Source: Candidatus Bathyarchaeota archaeon
GTDB lineage: Archaea; Thermoproteota; Bathyarchaeia; Bathyarchaeales; Bathycorpusculaceae
Direction: 5' to 3'
Length of the DNA: 64,000 nucleotides
Assembly: GCA_963780185.1 (NCBI GenBank)
Contig: CAWABA010000006.1
Span: forward strand, 1 to 64,000
Position numbers and translations under genes: made by a program. Shown in pieces: positions 1 through 11,115 of this stretch; within the stretch, counting starts at the first letter, position 1; the number at the start of each line of letters is the position of its first letter. The notes under the pieces were generated by a model that worked only from the letters and a program-made list of their open reading frames with translations, had not been told where the DNA came from and searched no databases.

Positions 1-2
1 TT

Positions 3-1859
3 ATGGTGCAGTACAAATGGGTAGCTTTATCGAACACAACTATCGCCACTTTAATGGCTTCAATAGACACCACCATCGTTCTAATCGCCCTGCCCGCGAT
101 TTTCCGTGGCATAAAAATTAACCCGCTTTTGCCTTCGTCTTTCCAGTACCTGCTCTGGATAATGTTCGGCTACAGCATTGTAACCGCAACTTTGCTTGTT
201 ACATTTGGCAGGCTGTCAGACATGTTTGGCAGAGTACGGCTGTACAACTTAGGTTTCGCCATTTTCACTGTGGGCTCAATCTTGCTTTCCCTGACGCCTA
301 ACACAGGCAACACAGGTGCGTTGGAACTGATAATTTTCCGTCTGGTACAGGGAGTAGGAGCTGCATTCATATTCTCAAACAGCGGCGCAATCATAACCGA
401 CGCGTTCCCAGAAAACGAAAGAGGAAAAGCGCTGGGAATCAACGGGTTATCTTTCCTTGTGGGTTCACTTATCGGCTTGGTTTTAGGTGGAGTGCTGGCT
501 GCTTACGATTGGCGGTTGGTTTTCCTTGTCAGCGTTCCCGTCGGCGTCATTGGCACAGTTTGGTCATACTGGAAACTTAAGGATACAACACTTAGAAGAA
601 AACAGAAGATGGATTACTGGGGCAACATAACCTTCGGAGCAGGCTTAACACTCATTTTGCTCGGCATGACTTACGGTTTAACTCCGTATGGCACCTCACC
701 GATGGGTTGGGGTAGCCCCTGGGTTATGGGAGCTTTGGTTTCTGGAGCAGCCTTGCTGATTGCCTTCCCCTTCGTTGAATCCCGCGTTGAGGACCCTATG
801 TTCAGGCTTGACCTGTTCAAAAATCGCCAGTTCGCGTCGGCTAACATCGCAACCTTCCTAAGTTCATTAGCAAGAGGCGGAGTAATGATAATGATTATTA
901 TCCTGCTACAGGGAATCTGGTTGCCGCTTCACGGCTACACTTATGAGTCAGCGCCGTTCTGGGCAGGCATCTTCATGATACCCATGTCCATAGGCGTCGC
1001 CTTAACTGGTCCACTTAGCGGCTGGCTATCAGACAAACATGGCGCCAGAGTACTAGCCACCAGCGGCATGACAATCACGGGTGCAGCGTTCCTCGCCTTC
1101 ACGTTGCTTCCAGCAAACTTTTCATATTTCCCCTTCGCCCTCATACTATTCGTCATGGGCATAGGCAGCGGCATCTTCATGTCGCCGAACATGGCGTCTG
1201 TCATGAACAGCTGCCCGCCTGAATGCAGAGGCGCCGCCTCAGGTATGCGTGCAACCCTACAGAACTGCGGCCAAACCATCAGTCAAGCAATATTCTTCGC
1301 CATAATCATCATATCGTTAAACTCGACTTTGCCGTCGGCACTCGTGACCGCATTGACAAACACGGGAGTGCCCTCATCAGTCGCCACTCAATTCCACAGC
1401 GTTCCAGCTGCAGGCGCACTTTTCGCCGCTTTCCTTGGTTACAATCCGATGAGCACTTTGCTTCAGGCTTTAGGGCCAGCCGCATCAGCTTTGCCGCAGC
1501 ACACACTCAGCGTTCTAATAGGCCAAAGCTTCTTCCCCAACGCCATCTCAGGCCCATTCATGTCCGCCCTCACTGAAGCATTCGTTATCGGAGCAGCCCT
1601 ATGTTTCATCGCAGCAATTTGCTCGGCTCTGCGCGGCAAAAAATACGTTTATACCAAAGAGGACCCAACAGGCAACCGTGCAAACGGCAACGGCAAAAAC
1701 GGAAACTCGAAGCCAAACGGAAAAAGCGAAGAAAAAAGCAAAGAGAACGGAAACAAGGAAAATAAGTCGGCGGCTAAATCTACTGCAGTCCAGCCGCAAA
1801 TTCCTTCAGTTTCTTCGACGCCTCAGGCATCAGCGTCTCCCCGTGACCAGCAAGCATAA
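3..1859 (+). CDS. MFS transporter, DHA2/EmrB-QacA type (copy 1)
   Basis: 618 aa with about 14 hydrophobic segments; MFS motif [10 protein letters not shown] and [10 protein letters not shown]. Confidence 0.92.
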   Translation: MVQYKWVALSNTTIATLMASIDTTIVLIALPAIFRGIKINPLLPSSFQYLLWIMFGYSIVTATLLVTFGRLSDMFGRVRLYNLGFAIFTVGSILLSLTPNTGNTGALELIIFRLVQGVGAAFIFSNSGAIITDAFPENERGKALGINGLSFLVGSLIGLVLGGVLAAYDWRLVFLVSVPVGVIGTVWSYWKLKDTTLRRKQKMDYWGNITFGAGLTLILLGMTYGLTPYGTSPMGWGSPWVMGALVSGAALLIAFPFVESRVEDPMFRLDLFKNRQFASANIATFLSSLARGGVMIMIIILLQGIWLPLHGYTYESAPFWAGIFMIPMSIGVALTGPLSGWLSDKHGARVLATSGMTITGAAFLAFTLLPANFSYFPFALILFVMGIGSGIFMSPNMASVMNSCPPECRGAASGMRATLQNCGQTISQAIFFAIIIISLNSTLPSALVTALTNTGVPSSVATQFHSVPAAGALFAAFLGYNPMSTLLQALGPAASALPQHTLSVLIGQSFFPNAISGPFMSALTEAFVIGAALCFIAAICSALRGKKYVYTKEDPTGNRANGNGKNGNSKPNGKSEEKSKENGNKENKSAAKSTAVQPQIPSVSSTPQASASPRDQQA

Positions 1860-2445
1860 CCTCGAAGTCGAAGCTCGCCAGCTTCTTTATTGACTCATTC
1901 GCCTTAGCCATATCCAGCGTAAACCCTTCTGGGGGCCCAACAATTTTTCTATCCATAAACCTCGCGGCATCCCCGACAAACATGACTTTCCGCTCAGCGT
2001 CCAGCAGCGAGATGCTTCCTTCCGAGTGCCCAGGCGTATGAATCACTTCAAGCTTGCCGACTTTGTCTCCTTCTTTCAGAACAATGTCGGGCTCAACCGC
2101 CGCAACCTTCATGACTGAACTCAACGCCCTAATCATCATGTTTTTGGGTCTAGGCGGGTCTTTTGTCCTCGCAACGTACGGTGCGTCGGCTTCATGAACT
2201 GCCACTTTGGCGCCTGTTGCATTCTTCATTTTCTTGAGGCTTCCAACGTGGTCGATGTGAAAGTGCGTCAGCACAATCGTTGACACTTCAGTAGGCTTAC
2301 GACCCAAACCGTCGATGCACTTCACGATTTTTCCGTCACTCCTAGGTAACCCCGTGTCAATCAAAATTAGCTTATCCCCGTCTTCGACAAGGTAAACGTT
2401 GCAGTTGACTCCTTCTACCTGATAGATTCCCTCGGCGATTTTCAA
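1780..2445 (-). CDS. MBL-fold metallo-hydrolase (copy 1)
   Basis: THFHIDH, HTPGH, GD and GHG motifs; TTG start at 2445 inferred (the ORF-track 5' extension overlaps the MFS gene). Confidence 0.9.
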   Translation of the reverse strand: MKIAEGIYQVEGVNCNVYLVEDGDKLILIDTGLPRSDGKIVKCIDGLGRKPTEVSTIVLTHFHIDHVGSLKKMKNATGAKVAVHEADAPYVARTKDPPRPKNMMIRALSSVMKVAAVEPDIVLKEGDKVGKLEVIHTPGHSEGSISLLDAERKVMFVGDAARFMDRKIVGPPEGFTLDMAKANESIKKLASFDFEVMLAGHGETLMPEASKKLKEFAAGLQ

Positions 2446-2470
2446 AACATACCACTTCCAAAGAATCTTA

Positions 2471-4276
2471 ATGCCTAAACTTAAAAATCTATTCAACCAC
2501 AAATCGGGCACACAAACCAAGCTGCAGTACAAATGGGTAGCTTTATCGAACACGACTATCGCCACTTTAATGGCTTCAATAGACGCTACCATCGTTCTAA
2601 TCGCCCTGCCCGCAATTTTCCGTGGCATAAAAATTAACCCGCTTTTGCCTTCGTCTTTCCAGTACCTGCTCTGGATAATGTTCGGCTACAGCATTGTAAC
2701 CGCAACTTTGCTTGTAACATTTGGCAGACTGTCAGACATGTTTGGCAGAGTACGTCTGTACAACTTGGGTTTCGCCATTTTCACTGTGGGCTCAATCTTG
2801 CTTTCCTTGACGCCTAACACAGGCAACACAGGCGCGTTGGAACTGATAATTTTCCGTCTAGTACAGGGAGTAGGAGCCGCATTCATATTCTCAAACAGCG
2901 GCGCAATCATAACCGACGCGTTTCCAGAAAACGAAAGAGGAAAAGCGCTGGGAATCAACGGGTTGTCTTTCCTTGCGGGTTCACTTATCGGCTTGGTTTT
3001 AGGCGGAGTGCTGGCTGCTTACGATTGGCGGTTGGTTTTCCTTGTCAGCGTTCCCGTCGGCGTCATTGGCACAGTTTGGTCATACTGGAAACTTAAGGAT
3101 ACAACACTTAGAAGAAAACAGAAGATGGATTACTGGGGCAACATAACCTTCGGAGCAGGCTTAACCCTCATTTTGCTCGGCATGACCTACGGTTTAACTC
3201 CGTATGGCAACTCTCCGATGGGTTGGGGTAGCCCATGGGTTATAGGCGCTTTGGTTTCAGGAGCAGCCATGCTGATTGCCTTCCCCTTCATTGAATCCCG
3301 CGTTAAGGACCCTATGTTTAGACTTGACCTCTTTAAAAACCGCCAGTTCGCGTCAGCTAACATCGCAACCTTCCTAAGTTCACTAGCAAGAGGCGGAGTA
3401 ATGATAATGATTATTATCCTGCTGCAGGGAATCTGGTTGCCGCTTCACGGCTACACCTATGAGTCAGCGCCGTTCTGGGCAGGCATCTTCATGATACCTA
3501 TGTCCATAGGCGTCGCCTTAACTGGCCCACTTAGCGGCTGGCTATCAGACAAACATGGCGCCAGATTACTCGCGACTGCAGGCATGATAATTACAGGCGC
3601 TGCTTTCTTAGCCTTCACGTTGCTTCCCGCGAACTTTGCGTATCTGCCCTTTGCATTAATACTCTTCGTTATGGGCATAGGCAACGGTATCTTCATGTCG
3701 CCGAACATGGCGTCAGTGATGAATTCGGTGCCGGCTGAATGTAGAGGCGCCGCCTCAGGAATGCGTGCAACACTACAGAACTGCGGCCAAACCATCAGCC
3801 AAGCAATATTCTTCGCCATAATCATCATATCGTTGAACACAACTTTGCCGTCGGCACTCGTGACCGCATTGACAAACACGGGAGTGCCATCATCCGTCGC
3901 CACTCAATTCCACAGCGTTCCAGCTGCAGGCGCACTTTTCGCCGCTTTCCTCGGTTACAATCCGATGAGCACTTTGCTTCAGGCTTTAGGGCCAGCCGCG
4001 TCAGCTTTGCCGCAGCACACAGTCAGCGTTCTAACAAGCCCAAGCTTCTTCCCCAACGCCATCTCAGGCCCATTCATGTCCGCCCTCACTGAAGCATTCG
4101 TTATCGGAGCAGCCCTATGTTTCATCGCAGCAATTTGCTCGGCTCTGCGCGGCAAAAAATACGTTTATACCAAAGAGGACCCAACAGGCAACCGTGCAAA
4201 CGGCAACGACAAAAACGGAAATGCAAAGCCAAACGGAAAAAGCGAAGAAAAAAGCAAAGAGAACGGAAACAAATAA
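2471..4276 (+). CDS. MFS transporter, DHA2 type (copy 2)
   Basis: Near-identical protein to 3..1859 with a different N-terminus and an earlier stop. Confidence 0.88.
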   Translation: MPKLKNLFNHKSGTQTKLQYKWVALSNTTIATLMASIDATIVLIALPAIFRGIKINPLLPSSFQYLLWIMFGYSIVTATLLVTFGRLSDMFGRVRLYNLGFAIFTVGSILLSLTPNTGNTGALELIIFRLVQGVGAAFIFSNSGAIITDAFPENERGKALGINGLSFLAGSLIGLVLGGVLAAYDWRLVFLVSVPVGVIGTVWSYWKLKDTTLRRKQKMDYWGNITFGAGLTLILLGMTYGLTPYGNSPMGWGSPWVIGALVSGAAMLIAFPFIESRVKDPMFRLDLFKNRQFASANIATFLSSLARGGVMIMIIILLQGIWLPLHGYTYESAPFWAGIFMIPMSIGVALTGPLSGWLSDKHGARLLATAGMIITGAAFLAFTLLPANFAYLPFALILFVMGIGNGIFMSPNMASVMNSVPAECRGAASGMRATLQNCGQTISQAIFFAIIIISLNTTLPSALVTALTNTGVPSSVATQFHSVPAAGALFAAFLGYNPMSTLLQALGPAASALPQHTVSVLTSPSFFPNAISGPFMSALTEAFVIGAALCFIAAICSALRGKKYVYTKEDPTGNRANGNDKNGNAKPNGKSEEKSKENGNK

Positions 4277-4295
4277 AATAAACCGGCGGCTAAAC

Positions 4296-4961
4296 CTATG
4301 GCAGGCCAGCCGCAAACTCCTTCAGTTTCTTCGACGCTTCAGGTATCAGCGTCGCCCCGTGACCAGCAAGCATAACCTCGAAGTCGAAGCTCGCCAGCTT
4401 CTTTATTGACTCATTCGCCTTAGCCATATCCAGCGTAAACCCTTCTGGGGGCCCAACAATTTTTCCATCCACAAACCTCACGGCATCCCCCACAAACATG
4501 ACTTTCCTATCTGCGTCCAGCAGCGAGATACTTCCTTCACTGTGCCCAGGCGTATGAATTACTTCAAGCTTGCCGACTTTGTCTCCTTCTTTCAGAACAA
4601 TGTCGGGCTCAACTGCCGCAACCTTCATGACTGAATTCAACGCCCTAATCATCATGTTTTTGGGTCTAGGCGGGTCTTTTGTCTTCGCGACATACGGTGC
4701 GTCGGCTTCGTGAACCGCCACTTTGGCGCCAGTGAGATTCTTCATTTTTTTGAGGCTTCCAACGTGGTCGATGTGAAAGTGCGTCAGCACAATTGTTGAC
4801 ACTTCAGTAGGCTTACGACCCAAACCGTTGATGTACTTCACGATTTTTCCGTCACTCCTAGGTAACCCCGTGTCAATCAAAATTAGCTTATCCCCGTCCT
4901 CGACAAGGTAAACGTTGCAGTTGACTCCTTCTACCTGAAAGATTCCGTCGGCGATCTTCAA
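4296..4961 (-). CDS. MBL-fold metallo-hydrolase (copy 2)
   Basis: Same HxHxDH motif set as copy 1. Confidence 0.9.
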   Translation of the reverse strand: MKIADGIFQVEGVNCNVYLVEDGDKLILIDTGLPRSDGKIVKYINGLGRKPTEVSTIVLTHFHIDHVGSLKKMKNLTGAKVAVHEADAPYVAKTKDPPRPKNMMIRALNSVMKVAAVEPDIVLKEGDKVGKLEVIHTPGHSEGSISLLDADRKVMFVGDAVRFVDGKIVGPPEGFTLDMAKANESIKKLASFDFEVMLAGHGATLIPEASKKLKEFAAGLP

Positions 4962-5084
4962 AACATGCCACATCCAAAGAGCCTTAACCGCCTAAACTTA
5001 AAAACATATTCAACCGCAAATCGGTACGCATACCAAGTTGTAAGCCCTGTAGCGTCTATGGGCGACGGGCAGCTCTTTTCGTCA

Positions 5085-5183
5085 TTTTTGTGGTTGGTTT
5101 CCTATCACAAAAACTATACCCCTCCCCCGTCGGGGCATGTCAGGGCTTGTTTTGGGTTGCTTTTTTGGTTTGGGACTTGAAAA
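5085..5183 (-). repeat. Dispersed non-coding repeat, copy A
   Basis: Reverse complement matches 16599-16758 (tttcaagtcc..aaaagcaacccaaaacaagcc..ccgacgg..ggggaggggt.tagt..aaaccaaccacaaaaa). Confidence 0.8.
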
Positions 5184-5260
5184 AATGCCTCTGTATAGGC
5201 AGAACAAGAGAATACTGTTAAGTTACCCAACATAAAGCGATGAAGGGTTCTGTCAAGTCT

Positions 5261-6058
5261 TCATTTAATTCTTCTCCCTGTCAATTTTGGGAACTGAAGT
5301 TTTTCCATCTCTTGTAGTTGCTCAGGCTTAAGAAACCAGTCATGGAAACGTTTGGAAAACTCAATAAACTCCAAAGTGTTCGAATAATAGCATGAGATGG
5401 CAGGGTCTGAGCTGGTGTTCATCAAAGAAACCAATTGGCACACATCTCCCTTACGACTTTCGCGCCACGTTCTAGGCCAATCAACCACTAGCCCCAAAGC
5501 GAGAGGGTCCATCTTATCCTTGTATTGATTCGCGTAAACGATGATGGTTCTGGGGTCAAGCTTGTTGAATCTGGGGTTCTTGAAGGATTCTCCAAACGAA
5601 ACCCCGATCCATTTTTGAAGCTTTTCAGTTCGCGCCGCTTCAATAATCGGTTGACCGATATACTTGCTATTATTGCGGTCAAGGATCATATCGCCAACTA
5701 CTATGGCGCCCCGCATCGGTAACCCTGCTTCAAGACCATAGCATATTGATTCGGAGATAACCTGCGTAAACGGTAGCAGAAAGAAGTCGTTGTATGGTAT
5801 CCAGAAACAAATGGTGTCGGAGAAATATGCAATGTTAAGATCCATGACCCCGAGTGCATTGTGCCCGCCTATGTTTCGCAAAACAATGTTGTTCTTTTCT
5901 GCTTCCCTGACGTGCTGAATCAAGTTATCGTACTTAAGCTCCATTTCCTTTAACCCGTGCTTTTTGAACAAGCACTCCCAACCGAGCACGTCAAGATAAC
6001 CCAGAACAAGGGGTTGCTTCTTGCTCATGGATTCGTCGGTATTCAAACGGTTGGTCAT
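5261..6058 (-). CDS. Class III nucleotidyl cyclase-like protein
   Basis: Motifs GYLDVLGW, YFSDTI, MRGAIVVG and IGQPIIEAARTE; GGAGG upstream of ATG 6058. Confidence 0.6.
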   Translation of the reverse strand: MTNRLNTDESMSKKQPLVLGYLDVLGWECLFKKHGLKEMELKYDNLIQHVREAEKNNIVLRNIGGHNALGVMDLNIAYFSDTICFWIPYNDFFLLPFTQVISESICYGLEAGLPMRGAIVVGDMILDRNNSKYIGQPIIEAARTEKLQKWIGVSFGESFKNPRFNKLDPRTIIVYANQYKDKMDPLALGLVVDWPRTWRESRKGDVCQLVSLMNTSSDPAISCYYSNTLEFIEFSKRFHDWFLKPEQLQEMEKLQFPKLTGRRIK

Positions 6059-6254
6059 CCACAAGTAGCCTCCTTTCGCCAGAAACGCAGATAGGTTATT
6101 AATATGTAACCGATTGTTTTTAACAATATCCGAGAAAAGGGGTTGAGCTAAAACCTTCATGGAGGGTAACTTGACTTAACAGTATCGAACAAGAGCATTT
6201 ATAAACGCAAATAATATAGCGCATCACTGCAACACTGTCTAAGGAGGAACGTTT

Positions 6255-7478
6255 ATGCAGCGGTCATATTCACGGTTACTCGGAGTAGTTGGAAAACCTA
6301 ACACAGGTAAATCCACGTTTTTCAGCGCCGCAACTTTGGCAGCGGCTGAAATCGCAAATTACCCCTTCACCACAATCAAACCGAACCGGGGAGTCGGCTA
6401 CGTCCGCACCCCCTGCGTCCACGAAGAATTCAAAGTCAAAGACAACCCGAAAAACTCGCTCTGCCTCGACGGCGTAAGGCTGATCCCAGTAGAATTGATT
6501 GACATAGCGGGGATTGTTCCTGGCGCTTGGGAAGGACGCGGCTTAGGCAACCAGTTTCTGGACGAAATACGTAGGGCAGACGCACTTATCCATGTAGTTG
6601 ACGCTTCAGGGGGAACAGACTGCGAAGGAAAAACCTGCAAACCCGGCGAACATGACCCGTTGGAAGACGTAAAGTTTCTTGAACGCGAAATAACCATGTG
6701 GATGGTGACCATTCTAAAGAAAGACTGGCCTAAAATCGCACGGCAAGCGGAAGCAGACAAAAAAGGCATTGCTGTGCCCCTTGAAGACCGCTTGACAGGT
6801 TTAGGCATAAGACGCCAAAGCGTCGCTGAAGCCATCCGCAAAGCAAACTTAAACGTTGACAAACCTGCCACATGGAGCGACGAAGACTTCTACCGTTTCG
6901 TCGACAACCTGAGACGAATATCTAAGCCTATGCTGATTGTCGCCAACAAGATTGATTTGCCCACTGCCGCTGCAAACGTGGAGAAGCTCAAGAAGCTTGA
7001 TTACATGGTTATTCCATGCTCTGCGGAAGCTGAGCTCGGGCTAAGACGCGCCGCAGAAAAGGGACTGATTGATTACAAACCCGGCGACGGCGACTTCAAA
7101 ATAAAGCAGCCTGAAAAGCTTTCACAAGGACAAATCAAGGCGTTAGAAGCCATACGGGAAAAGGTGCTGCAGAAAAACGGGTCAACCGGCATCCAAGAAG
7201 CAATGAACATGGCTTACTTTAAACTGCTCAACATGATAACCGTCTACCCCGTCGAAGACCTTGAGCACCTAGCCGACCACAACGAACGAGTCCTGCCAGA
7301 CACCTACCTTGTGCCGAACGGAACCACAGCGCGTCAGTTCGCCTACGTAATCCACACGGAGTTGGGAGACAACTTCCTCTACGCAGTTGACGCTAGGGAC
7401 AAAAGAAGAATCGGCGAAGAAGCCATCCTCAAAGACAGAGACGTCATAAGCATAGTCAGCACCAAAAAACGCGCATAA
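6255..7478 (+). CDS. ychF: YchF/Obg-like translation-associated ATPase (archaeal type)
   Basis: GKPNTGKST, YPFTT, DIAG, GLGNQFL, NKID and a C-terminal TGS domain. Confidence 0.95.
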   Translation: MQRSYSRLLGVVGKPNTGKSTFFSAATLAAAEIANYPFTTIKPNRGVGYVRTPCVHEEFKVKDNPKNSLCLDGVRLIPVELIDIAGIVPGAWEGRGLGNQFLDEIRRADALIHVVDASGGTDCEGKTCKPGEHDPLEDVKFLEREITMWMVTILKKDWPKIARQAEADKKGIAVPLEDRLTGLGIRRQSVAEAIRKANLNVDKPATWSDEDFYRFVDNLRRISKPMLIVANKIDLPTAAANVEKLKKLDYMVIPCSAEAELGLRRAAEKGLIDYKPGDGDFKIKQPEKLSQGQIKALEAIREKVLQKNGSTGIQEAMNMAYFKLLNMITVYPVEDLEHLADHNERVLPDTYLVPNGTTARQFAYVIHTELGDNFLYAVDARDKRRIGEEAILKDRDVISIVSTKKRA

Positions 7479-7678
7479 AACATTTTTTTCTCGGGTATCC
7501 TTCTGTATAGAGGTTTTTTGCCTTGAGCGTGCGTGCGGAAGGGTCCCCCGGGGAGGGTGAAGCATCTACGGTTTGACGGTACACTTTTGACGTACTTTTT
7601 GAAGAGTCTGAGTAATGATTGTAACATGGGTTTAGGAGTTCATAAAACTTATAGTTCTTGCGGGTGCAATTTTTAGGC

Positions 7679-10600
7679 ATGGTTAAGAGACCCGTTTGCC
7701 AAGAAGAAAGAACTCAAGCAATTGAGACAAATGCAACCTTTTCCACTGATTCGGTAGCTCTCGGTAAAAAGGATTGCCTGCGCATTTTACATGTTGATGA
7801 TGATCTTTGTTTTTTGGAAGTTTCAAAAAAAATTCTTTTAATTGAGAACAATTTTGAGATTGATGTCGCCGCATCTGTTGATGAAGCCTTTGAGAAATTG
7901 GAAAAGCTGACTTACGATGCGATTGTTTCTGACTATGAAATGCCTCTAAAGAATGGATTAGCTTTTTTGAAGGAACTAAGAAACCAGCAACGTGACATTC
8001 CTTTTATCTTGTTTACGGGAAAAGGCAGGGAAGACGTTGCTGTTGAAGCTTTGAATTTGGGTGCTGACAGGTACGTGAACAAAAGCGGTTCTCCTGAAAC
8101 GGTCTATTGTGAATTAGCCGACGCCATAAATAAGAGTGTAGAGCGTAAGAAATCAAAACAGTTGCTTGTTGCTTCAGAGTCAAAGTATCGCATGCTGGTG
8201 GAGAATTCACTTCAGGGCATAATAGTTACGAAAGTAGCACCGTTCCGTTTTGTTTTTGCTAATGCTGCTATGGGAAAAATCTTGGGTTACTCTCCTCAAG
8301 AGTTACTGTCACTTTCGCCCGAAGGAATCATAGGCTTAGTGTATCATGAAGATAGGGCTGCTTTCTTCAAGCGTTTGGAAGACCGCTTTCGGGGTGAAAC
8401 GGCTGAGTCTTGTTTGGAGTTTCGTGCGGTGCGCAAGGATGGTTCGAAAATCTGGCTGAGCGCACTTTCAAATCGAGTTGAGTATGATGGGCAACCGGTT
8501 GTACAGGGCATGTTCTTAGATGTTACTGAAAGCAAGAAGACTGGAGAGATTCTACGTGAAAGTGAGGAGCGGTATCGGGAACTGGCTAATTCTTTGCCAG
8601 AGATTGTTTTTGAGACTGATATGACTGGGCAATTAGTGTTTGCCAATGAATGGGCTGCTGAAATTTCTGGCTATTCTCTTAGCGAGATTGAAAAAGGATT
8701 GAATATTATGCAGTTTGTTGCACCTAAGGACAGAGAAAGAGGAACGAAAGTCATTCAGCGGTTATTAGCTGGAGGCGGCTGTGTTCCTGGTGAGTACACG
8801 TTTGTGCGGAAGGACGGCACCACTTTCCCTGCGCTTATTACGGCAACACCTCGTGTTTCTGGAAACAAGGTGACAGGGGTTAGAGGGGTTGTCATAGATG
8901 TCACCGTGCAAAAGAAAATTGAAGAGGCTATTAGACTTTCAGAAGAAAAATACCGAAGTCTCTTTGAAAATGCATCTGATGTTATCCTGACGGGCGATTT
9001 ATCTGGAAAAATAATATCGATAAATGGAGCTATTGAAAAATATGGTTTTCAGAAGGAACAGGTTGTTGGGCGAGATGTGCGCGAGTTTCTCTCCATTAAG
9101 GATGGAGCAAGGCAGGACAAAGTTTTTCAAGAGGTAGGTTATGGGAAATCGCTTTCTGGGGAGCTTGGAGCGCCTGCTTCTCTTGGAAAAAGGACTTTTG
9201 AAGTTAAGACTGACCCGTTAAGAATCGGCGATGGAGTTGTTGGTTTCCAAACGATTCTAAGAGATGTAACTGAACGTAAGCTGGCAGAAGAGAAACTAAG
9301 AGAATCGGAGGAAAAATACAGAGATATTTTCGAGAACGCGCGTGACGCTATTTACGTTCATGATTTGAAAGGAAAAATAATCTCGATAAACAAGTTTGTT
9401 GAAGAATACGGCTACACACAAGACCAAATTATCGGAAAGAACATGCTGAAGTTTGTTCCTAAGAAGTACTGGCCAAAACTAATTGCGCATTTTTCGCGGT
9501 TAGCTATGGGGATGCAGGTCGAGGGTGAAGTCGAGGTAAATACGCCTATGGGAAAAAGAAGTGCCGAGTATAGAAGCAACCCTATAATACGAGGCAATAA
9601 GGTCGTCGCAGTTCACAGTGTTCTGAGAGACACCACGGAAAGGAAGAAAACTGAAGACGCTTTGCTCGAGAGTCAACAGAAATTCCAAGCATTGTTCTCT
9701 GCGAATCCGGAAGCAACGGTTTTTTTCGATACTGATTTTCACGTGATTGAGGCAAATTCTCGGTTCAGTGTGCTTTTTGGGTATTCTTTTGATGAAATTA
9801 AGGGTAAAATAATCACTGATATCATCGTGCCTGACGATGCAATAGAAGAGTCAAAAAAGATTCGTCAGAAAATCACTTCAGAACCAGTTGAAGTAGCCGC
9901 TTTTCGAAAGAGAAAAGACGGCTCTCAAGTCCCGCTGTTCATGTCAGGGGGGCCAGTTGTGGTTGATGGCAAAACAATCGGCTGCATAATGGTTTACAAA
10001 GACATTTCTGACATAATCACTGTACAAGATGAACTGAGCAATGCCTTGGCTAAGGCTGAGCTTCTTAACGAAAAGTTAAACGTGGTAGGCGGCTTTACTA
10101 GACATGACGTGCGAAACAAGCTGTCAACAATTAATGGAAATCTATACCTTGCGGAGAAATATGCGGGGAATAACCCACCGATGCACATGTGTTTAGGCCA
10201 AATTAAGACAGCTGTCAGCAACACCGTCCGTATACTTGAGGTTGCAAAGGACTACGAAATGCTGGGCAGCCAAGAGCGGGTAACTCTTGACGTTGGAAGA
10301 GCAGTTGACGATGCCGCATCGCTGTTCTCAGACTTGAAAGGCGTAAAAATAGTTAACGAGTGCAGAGGGTACGGTGTGCTGGCAGACGCAATGCTTTCCA
10401 CAATTTTCCATAACCTGATTGACAACTCGTTGAAGTATGGCCAGAAACTTACGCAGATAAAAGTATACGTCCGCCAAAATCAAAACAAATTAGACAGCAT
10501 TGTCTACGAGGACGACGGAGCAGGAATTGACCCAGAAAGAAAGAAGCAGCTGTTCACAAGGGGTTTCGGAGTGGGAACAGGTTTAGGCTTGTACCTTATC

Positions 10601-10705
10601 AAGCGAACCTGTGACATTTACGGGTGGACCGTACAAGAAACTGGCAAACCAGGCAAAGGAGCACAATTTGTATTTACCTTGCCAACAAAACAAGGCGCAG
10701 AATAA
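7679..10705 (+). CDS. Hybrid sensor histidine kinase (REC + ~5 PAS + HisKA/HATPase)
   Basis: ILHVDDD/SDYEMP receiver, repeated PAS/PAC units, RHDVRN H-box, NLIDNSLKY, DDGAG, GTGLGL; start could be 7658. Confidence 0.93.
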   Translation: MVKRPVCQEERTQAIETNATFSTDSVALGKKDCLRILHVDDDLCFLEVSKKILLIENNFEIDVAASVDEAFEKLEKLTYDAIVSDYEMPLKNGLAFLKELRNQQRDIPFILFTGKGREDVAVEALNLGADRYVNKSGSPETVYCELADAINKSVERKKSKQLLVASESKYRMLVENSLQGIIVTKVAPFRFVFANAAMGKILGYSPQELLSLSPEGIIGLVYHEDRAAFFKRLEDRFRGETAESCLEFRAVRKDGSKIWLSALSNRVEYDGQPVVQGMFLDVTESKKTGEILRESEERYRELANSLPEIVFETDMTGQLVFANEWAAEISGYSLSEIEKGLNIMQFVAPKDRERGTKVIQRLLAGGGCVPGEYTFVRKDGTTFPALITATPRVSGNKVTGVRGVVIDVTVQKKIEEAIRLSEEKYRSLFENASDVILTGDLSGKIISINGAIEKYGFQKEQVVGRDVREFLSIKDGARQDKVFQEVGYGKSLSGELGAPASLGKRTFEVKTDPLRIGDGVVGFQTILRDVTERKLAEEKLRESEEKYRDIFENARDAIYVHDLKGKIISINKFVEEYGYTQDQIIGKNMLKFVPKKYWPKLIAHFSRLAMGMQVEGEVEVNTPMGKRSAEYRSNPIIRGNKVVAVHSVLRDTTERKKTEDALLESQQKFQALFSANPEATVFFDTDFHVIEANSRFSVLFGYSFDEIKGKIITDIIVPDDAIEESKKIRQKITSEPVEVAAFRKRKDGSQVPLFMSGGPVVVDGKTIGCIMVYKDISDIITVQDELSNALAKAELLNEKLNVVGGFTRHDVRNKLSTINGNLYLAEKYAGNNPPMHMCLGQIKTAVSNTVRILEVAKDYEMLGSQERVTLDVGRAVDDAASLFSDLKGVKIVNECRGYGVLADAMLSTIFHNLIDNSLKYGQKLTQIKVYVRQNQNKLDSIVYEDDGAGIDPERKKQLFTRGFGVGTGLGLYLIKRTCDIYGWTVQETGKPGKGAQFVFTLPTKQGAE

Positions 10706-10792
10706 GCGATCAAACGAAAGATGTTGATACCAAAGACGGCATCTAAACTAGTCATAAAAAGCAGTTAACAAAAAGAAGACGCTGATGGCATT

Positions 10793-10820
10793 GTGGGCTG
10801 CTGGGATTTGAACCTCGGAC
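10793..10820 (-). repeat. Degenerate tRNA 3'-end fragment (att-like)
   Basis: gctgggatttgaacc (10800-10814) is identical to 11856-11870 of tRNA-Pro, with similar flanks. Confidence 0.55.
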
Positions 10821-11115
10821 GTTTGGTGACATCACCCGCGAGTTTTCCTTTTTTGGGGTCTCAGTCTAGCGCGCGTTTAGGTTTGAAATATGTTGTTTTA
10901 TGTGTAGCTTACTACAACTGGGATCTTTTTTGGGAACACAGAGGAATGGTTGGGACCCGTGAACTGATCCTTCGACGAAGCGCTCGCTATCTGAATTCCT
11001 GCGAAAAAGCAAATTTTATATAAAGTCACAGGCTAAGAAGAAAGATAGGTAAACCCAAAAATCGGGTAGAGAAAAATTTTCCTAAACAAAATTGTATCCC
11101 ATTGAAGGTTAAATC

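Larger units (their letters stand above)
7..5039. repeat. Tandem duplication of a ~2516-bp MFS + MBL unit
   Basis: tgcagtacaaatgggtagc occurs at 7 and 2523; collinear similarity runs through both genes with scattered substitutions. Confidence 0.97.

Noticed and set aside
2446-2628. N-terminal extension of MBL copy 1 in the ORF track
   Set aside because: Antisense to MFS copy 2 and absent from MBL copy 2
170-4409. Antisense and alternative-frame ORFs repeated in both MFS copies
   Set aside because: Shadow ORFs of hydrophobic genes, duplicated only because the host gene is
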